This document shows, one piece after another, positions 58,599 to 64,000 of a DNA stretch of 64,000 nucleotides (within the stretch, counting starts at the first letter, position 1; each line of letters opens with the position of its first letter). The DNA is from Candidatus Iainarchaeum sp. GTDB lineage: Archaea; Iainarchaeota; Iainarchaeia; Iainarchaeales; UBA10191. A program made the position numbers and the translations under genes. The stretch covers positions 64,001 through 128,000 of the forward strand of contig JAUSFL010000008.1 in assembly GCA_030649735.1 (NCBI GenBank), read 5' to 3'. The notes beneath the pieces were generated by a model. That model was not told the DNA's origin, searched no databases, and saw nothing but the letters and a program-made list of their open reading frames with translations.

Positions 58599-60229
58599 TT
58601 GATTCCCTCAAAGTAATTTGTCGGGACTGGATAGTACTTTTTGTAGACTGGACTGCTTTCAAGAGCCTGGACATTGCGCTTGTATTTTGCGTTAGGGTCT
58701 TTTCCCTCATTTGCCTTGGACCATTCTTTCCAAGGCGTGCTGTACTGCTTTTGGATTTTGTCGCGGTAAATTTCAGGCAGCACATTAAAGCTGCAGAATG
58801 GGACAATGCGGCCGTCAGGCATTGAATAATGAATGTCGCACCTTTGGACTCTTTCAATGTCGTAATTGTAAGGGTCCATGAAGTGCATCATTCCAATAAG
58901 CATGCTTTTCTCATGGATTCTGCCCAAAGTGTCAAAATTGTGCTTTATCAGCATGTCAAAAAGCATTTTTCCAAAGTCCAGATAGCTTGGCTGCTTGCTT
59001 TTGTCAATGAATTTTCCGACATTCAAAAGCAGTTTTCCCGCAACCACGGTCTTCAACCCGCCTCTTTCCAATTCTTCGCTTAATTCGTCCAATAATTCCA
59101 TGAATCCTTCAACGTCAATGAACTTGGTTACTGGAATCACTTTCTTTCCGTCCAAAAAAACATAGGTTGCGGCTCCGCATGCAAAATGCACTGACAAGTC
59201 GTATTGCTTTGTGCCAGTGAATGCCTCGACAAACCTTGTTATTGAGTGAATGCAGGGAACAGTGTAAAAGTCGTCCTTGGTTATTTTTCCATTGGTTTGC
59301 TCTTCAATTAATTCAATCGCTTTCGGAATTGTAATCCTTCCTTTGTCTCTCTCTTTTTTTGGGATTCTTCCGACAAAACTGACTGGCTGAAAATTAATTC
59401 CCCTCACTGTCTTGATGTTGTTCAGCCCGAAATTGATTATTTGCCCGATTTCTTGGTCGTTGATTCCTTTGATTAGCGTTGGCACTAGGACAACGCCCAA
59501 TCTTGCCTTGCGGCATTCTTCCAAAGCATACGGGACTTCCCAATGGTTTTTTGGGTTTGTTTTCTTGGAAACCCCGTCAAAGCTCATGTAAACTGTTGAA
59601 CAGCCAGCTTTTGCAACTTCTTTCGCAAGGCCTTTCTTGAATCCAAGATTCATTCCAGTAGTGTTCAATTGCACTTGCTCAAAACCGTGCTTTTTGCAAA
59701 GCTTGATGATGTCAACCAAGTCATTGCGCAATGTAGGCTCGCCGCCAGTAAGCTGGACCGCGTTTGGGGAAATTGGCGCTTCCTTCCGCAAGTTTGCAAG
59801 CATTCTATCAATCAAGTCCAATGAAGGCTCGTAAATTGGCTCTCCTTCTTTTGCAAAGTAAAAGCAATACCAGCATGCAAGGTCGCACCTGTTTGTCAAT
59901 GCAATGTTTGCCAGTCCAGTGTGGCTTTTGTGCGTTGAGCAAAGCCCGCAGTCAAAAGGGCAGCTGCTTCCGTCCTCTCCCACAAACTTTGCGTTAGGGT
60001 TTGAAATTTTTTTTGCAGGAGCCGCAAACTCTTTCATTCGCCTATAGTATTTCGCGTCTTCCCAGTAAACTTCCTTGAAAGTTCCATGCTTTGGGCATTT
60101 TCTTTGAATGAAGACTTTTCCATGGTCTTCAAAAACCACTGCTTTCAATACTCTCTTGCATTCTGGGCAAATGCTTAAAGTTTCATGCGGCAGTTCTGCG
60201 CCGTACTCTTTGCTTTCTTTTTCCGCCAT
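58595..60229 (-). CDS. tes: Tetraether lipid synthase-like radical SAM enzyme (Tes / MJ0619 family)
   Basis: N-terminal CxxC..CxxH, CPFDCGLC, TNRCDLACWYC, TGGEP, FQPVSFVGR, H.ACG, RC.IHY..DGRIVPFC. Confidence 0.88.
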   Translation of the reverse strand: MAEKESKEYGAELPHETLSICPECKRVLKAVVFEDHGKVFIQRKCPKHGTFKEVYWEDAKYYRRMKEFAAPAKKISNPNAKFVGEDGSSCPFDCGLCSTHKSHTGLANIALTNRCDLACWYCFYFAKEGEPIYEPSLDLIDRMLANLRKEAPISPNAVQLTGGEPTLRNDLVDIIKLCKKHGFEQVQLNTTGMNLGFKKGLAKEVAKAGCSTVYMSFDGVSKKTNPKNHWEVPYALEECRKARLGVVLVPTLIKGINDQEIGQIINFGLNNIKTVRGINFQPVSFVGRIPKKERDKGRITIPKAIELIEEQTNGKITKDDFYTVPCIHSITRFVEAFTGTKQYDLSVHFACGAATYVFLDGKKVIPVTKFIDVEGFMELLDELSEELERGGLKTVVAGKLLLNVGKFIDKSKQPSYLDFGKMLFDMLIKHNFDTLGRIHEKSMLIGMMHFMDPYNYDIERVQRCDIHYSMPDGRIVPFCSFNVLPEIYRDKIQKQYSTPWKEWSKANEGKDPNAKYKRNVQALESSPVYKKYYPVPTNYFEGIK

Positions 60230-60305
60230 TTAAAACCCGCAGCCAAAATTCAATTAGAAAAAGCTTAAAAAGCAAATTAATTATGTAGTGTTAATTTTGT
60301 TTTAG

Positions 60306-60379
60306 AGCCCTTGGAGGGATTTGAACCCTCAACCTACGGTTTACAAAACCGTTGCTCCACCAGGTTGAGCTACAAGGGC
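60306..60379 (-). tRNA. tRNA-Thr(UGU)
   Basis: GCCCTTG/CAAGGGC acceptor, stem ACGGT/ACCGT with loop TT-TGT-AA, TTCAAAT T-loop. Confidence 0.95.
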
Positions 60380-60434
60380 GTTGCTTAAAATGATTTTCTT
60401 AAATAATCATTTTAAACCAAAAGGGTTCTTTAAA

Positions 60435-61064
60435 ATGAGTGAAAGCTTTAAATGCGCGCGTTGTGCAAAATGCTGCCAGACTTACTGGATTACCTTGCTT
60501 CCTGAAGAAGCCAAAGGCCTTTCCAAATTCTTGAAAGTTCCTTCAGGAAAGTTCTTGAAAGAATACTGCGTTTTGTTCCTGCAGGCTTTTCCAATGCAAA
60601 AGCGGGATTTCTCAAACCCGCTGGTAATTTCAAGGAAAAAATTTTCGGGAAAGATTGGCGCAAGGCTTTCAAGAAAGTCTTCAGCCGGTTTTTTCCTTTG
60701 CCTTCCAAGCATTGCGTTAAGGCGGGAAAAGAAAAACTGCATAATGCTTTCCAGGCGCCTTGACTGCAAAGTCCATTCGAAAAGGCCGGGCCAGTGCCGC
60801 TTGTTTCCTTTAATCAGCTTGGATTCAAAAACAGACTTGAAGAAAGCATACTCTTTCTGCAAGGGCCTTAAAGGCCTTGAAAGCATTGACTTGCGCGAAA
60901 ACTTGAAGCATTACAAGAAAGTGAAGGCGTATTTTGAAAGCGTGAAAAAAAAAGGCTTTCAGAAAGCCTGGAAGCAATTTCCAGAAAAGGGAGTATTGCT
61001 TTTGGATAAGGAAAAAATTTGCGGAATTTCACAAAAGGAATTCTTCAGGCTTTTCGGGCCTTGA
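60435..61064 (+). CDS. YkgJ-family CxxCxxCC cysteine-cluster protein
   Basis: FKCARCAKCC, C..C.VH..RP.QCRLFP, C.G. Confidence 0.88.
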   Translation: MSESFKCARCAKCCQTYWITLLPEEAKGLSKFLKVPSGKFLKEYCVLFLQAFPMQKRDFSNPLVISRKKFSGKIGARLSRKSSAGFFLCLPSIALRREKKNCIMLSRRLDCKVHSKRPGQCRLFPLISLDSKTDLKKAYSFCKGLKGLESIDLRENLKHYKKVKAYFESVKKKGFQKAWKQFPEKGVLLLDKEKICGISQKEFFRLFGP

Positions 61065-61659
61065 ATTCTTTAATGGCTTCCAAAAGCTCTGGGTCTATTA
61101 ATTCCAGCTTTTCCTTGATTTCCGGAATGTTTGCTTCAGTGTCCTTGCACCCGTCCTTGAGCAATAAGACCGCCTGGTTTGGAATGCCCGCCATTGAAAG
61201 CTTGTCCATTCCCAAATGCACTTCAGCATTGCACGCGACTCCCACGACTGCCTTTGGCTTGTATTTTAAAACCAGTTTTTCAAGCATTGAGCCTCCAGGC
61301 ACGCAAGCCACTCTCAAATAGCCCAAATCTTCCGCAAGTTTCTTGATTTTAGGCAGTTGGCAGCTGTTGCATTGCGAACATCCCTTAAAGTCTAGCCCGT
61401 CATCTGAATAATTGGACTTGCATTTGGTGCTGCTTCGCAGGCAATGCGGCAAAAAAAGCATTCTTTGGCTGTAAGGCACTTGCCTGAACCTGCTTTCATT
61501 CAATTTGTTCCTTAACTCAACGTGAGTGAACTCCACCATTCTTCCAGAAAGCCCTAAGTCTTTCGCGATTTTTGTGGCTATTGAGGCTGCGTTCTGGTGG
61601 CCTGTAACGTCAATCAGTGAAGCAATTTCTTGCCTGATTTTTTGGATTATTGAAGGCAT
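61045..61659 (-). CDS. DUF116-family protein
   Basis: LFLPHCLR..C, CxxC, VPGGS, VGVAC, LLKDGCKDT. Confidence 0.88.
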   Translation of the reverse strand: MPSIIQKIRQEIASLIDVTGHQNAASIATKIAKDLGLSGRMVEFTHVELRNKLNESRFRQVPYSQRMLFLPHCLRSSTKCKSNYSDDGLDFKGCSQCNSCQLPKIKKLAEDLGYLRVACVPGGSMLEKLVLKYKPKAVVGVACNAEVHLGMDKLSMAGIPNQAVLLLKDGCKDTEANIPEIKEKLELIDPELLEAIKEFKARKA

Positions 61660-61843
61660 GCTTTAACATACAATTTAATGAAGGCAAAAAATTAAAAAAT
61701 GCCCTCGTCGAACCTATCCCTAAAAAGGTAATATGCCCTACTTTTACTGGGTTTAAAGGTAAGCAAGTTGTGTTAGAAAGAGAAAAAATGGGGCGTTTTA
61801 AGCCCCTGACTGTTTAGTTTTGAATTTCTTGCTGTCAAACTGC

Positions 61844-62872
61844 TTAATTTGGGAAGAATTCTCCGGGCATAACTATTCCTTTAGCTACTTGGATTTCATC
61901 AACTGCTCCATTAATTGATGGTACTACGTCGCATCCATAACCGCTTGCTAAAAACTTCATTGAATTGTTTCCGCTAGTTCCGCCCAAGGGAGCGACAATA
62001 CTTTCTTGGCTTACTCCATTTTGAAAGATTTCCCAAGTATTTGAAGACTTAGTGAATTGAATTGTTAATTGAGTCCAAACATCTAAATCTGGTCTATTCC
62101 AAGTAATTGATGTAGAATCATTATCATTAACATAAAATTTCAGTTTGGCTGTATCGGCTGGTATTTTAATGTAAGCTCCATAATAGCCTGCGCCGCATTT
62201 AAAATCTCCAAATAAGTAAGTTTCTGACGTTGCATTGTGAAGTTTAAACCAGAAATTAATTGTAAAATCATCTGATTTTAAAGTGTCAAATCCTACTGGC
62301 GCACTAACGTAATAGCCAGAGCCTGCATTGTCATAACTTCCGTTGTATATTCCATTAGGATTCCATCCAGCTGAAGTAGTAACAAGCCCGTCATAAATTG
62401 AGGTTCCTTCTTGATTATCTGCAGTAGTTCCTTCTGTTTCATTAAGCCCATACCAGTAAATGTAATTTATATTCGCGTCGATATTGGTACTGCAATCCCC
62501 GCCTTTCAACTTCAAAGCGCCATTAGCCACTGTAATGCAATATGGTTGTCCAGTGACTTTATCAGCAATTGTTAAACCGTTTGCGATTGTAGCATAGCCG
62601 CTAACATTCAGGTTACTGATGCTTGCGTTGCCGCTAACGCTTGAATCTCCACTAACAGTAATCTGGTTTGTTGAAACAGTATTTGGGCTAATGTCTTTGC
62701 CGTCTACATTGTAGTCTTGAACGGGTAAGTTTGTTAAGCCAGAACCGTCACCATAGAATTTATTTGCAAAAACATTTCCGAAAACAGTAATATTGTCAGC
62801 AATCAAGTTTTTGAAAAAGTTGAATCCACTCCAGTTTAAATCTCTTGTCAAAAAGTGGGCTTTGCCCAACAA
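61844..62872 (-). pseudogene. Probably 5'-truncated fibre-like / LamG (ConA-like) domain gene
   Basis: No ATG start or signal peptide, in-frame stop at 62891-62893; FYGDGSGLTNL shaft motif; FTINFWFK and GAVDEI LamG motifs. Confidence 0.6.
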
Positions 62873-62874
62873 GT

Positions 62875-62921
62875 CTGCCCATAAACCGACTTAATGGGCA
62901 GAATGAGGACTTTATGTGCAG
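62875..62921. repeat. Three CTGCMCATWAA motifs (two direct, one inverted), candidate transposon end
   Basis: ctgcccataaa 62875-62885, ttaatgggcag 62891-62901, tttatgtgcag 62911-62921. Confidence 0.6.
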
Positions 62922-63455
62922 TTAATCATCTACTACTTTTTTTACTTCTGAATTTATTTTGCTTTTTGTTGATTCTCTGAATTTATCTATCTCAGATTCC
63001 CAACTCTTCCAGAAACGCTCATAATCGTCTAATGACTTATATTCTTGCTCTTCAAACTCTGCTTGTTGTTTAGCAAGCTCTTCCCAGTAATCATCAGAAT
63101 AATGTGGTTCACTTGGGTCTTGGTCTTCTAATTTATGTAATTCAATAATTTGATTTTTCAGGTGTTCTTTAATGATTTGAGGAATATATTGCCCATTAAC
63201 TGAATTAAGAAAACTATTTAATTCAGTCTCAAAACGCCGTAATCCATCATTATTTAATGTGGCAAAAATATTTTCTAATTCTTGCAGTGCTTGTTTTCTA
63301 TCCGCATAAGTTATTTGAAGCCTAACATTCCTTTCAGATTGGTTTAATGCCTTTTTATTTAAATAATAAGAGAATAGTAAAGATAACAAGGCGATGAAAA
63401 GACCAGAAATTATGCTAAATATGCTTATCCAATTTTCAGGTGTGAACTCTACCAT
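62922..63455 (-). CDS. Hypothetical protein with N-terminal TM helix (probable transposon passenger)
   Basis: AT-rich; TTTAAA box upstream of ATG 63455; lies between transposase and repeat cluster. Confidence 0.7.
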   Translation of the reverse strand: MVEFTPENWISIFSIISGLFIALLSLLFSYYLNKKALNQSERNVRLQITYADRKQALQELENIFATLNNDGLRRFETELNSFLNSVNGQYIPQIIKEHLKNQIIELHKLEDQDPSEPHYSDDYWEELAKQQAEFEEQEYKSLDDYERFWKSWESEIDKFRESTKSKINSEVKKVVDD

Positions 63456-63487
63456 ACTTACTTTTTGTGTGGTATTATTTAAAAGCC

Positions 63488-64000
63488 TCAACTTCTGAAA
63501 TCCAAGCTAATGCCTAATTCATTAACTTCGTGAATCAGGCAGACTATGTTGTAGCATAGGACTTTGAGTAATAGCTCGTTTTTCTGGGCTATTGGCTTTC
63601 TGCTTTTCAGGCAATCATTGAACTTTGCTTTTAGTGAGTAAAAGCTTGTTTCAATGTTTGACCTTTTGTGATAGAATTGTCCAAATTCTTCCTTGTTGAA
63701 TTGGAAGTAGTGGAACATTTTTTTCCAAGTTTGGCTTCCTTTAGAGTTTCCGCTTGCGTTGCTTCTGAATGGAATGTATGCTTTACCGCCTAATTCTTTG
63801 ACAGTATCATAATTTGCTCTTGAACTGTAAGCTTTGTCTGCGCTTACTTCTTGCAGGCTAAATCCGTTGTCTGCGGTTTGTTGGATTAACGGAGCAAAAT
63901 AAAGACTGTCGCCAGAGTTGTTTTCTGAAACTTGACAGGATGTTATAGTGTTGGTTTTTGTTCCACAGACTGCATGAAGCTTAACCCATTGATGCGCTTT
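63488..64000 (-). mobile_element. DDE transposase (IS4/IS5 superfamily), 3' part; continues beyond the window
   Basis: Frame is open from 64000: WVKLHAV, ADKAYSS, YHKRSNIETSF..K, LCYNI. Confidence 0.9.

Overview
This is an archaeal chromosome segment. Gene content and divergence suggest a DPANN lineage, most consistent with Iainarchaeota/Diapherotrites (inference, not a search result). The core part is the rpoH-rpoB''-rpoB'-rpoA'-rpoA''-L30e-nusA-uS12-uS7-EF2-EF1A-uS10 cluster. Other recognisable genes are rtcB and archease, ppdK, pyrG, a DHS-like gene with agmatinase, proB, a tetraether synthase (Tes)-like radical SAM enzyme, transporters and many secreted proteins or lipoproteins. Four tRNA genes were read directly from the DNA: Asp(GUC) and Tyr(GUA), both with 37/38 introns and an A18/G55 elbow, Thr(UGU), and a tRNA-Pro with an AGG anticodon, a type essentially absent from archaea. 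A box C/D guide RNA lies directly upstream of that tRNA-Pro. Other oddities are substitutions in normally invariant uS12 and RNAP trigger-loop motifs, four stand-alone orphan genes sharing a basic Pro-rich N-terminus, tRNA-like fragments flanking genes that abut tRNA 3' ends, a free-standing LAGLIDADG gene, and a DDE transposon end truncating a LamG gene. No CRISPR array or rRNA was seen. All family assignments come from motif recognition, without database searches.
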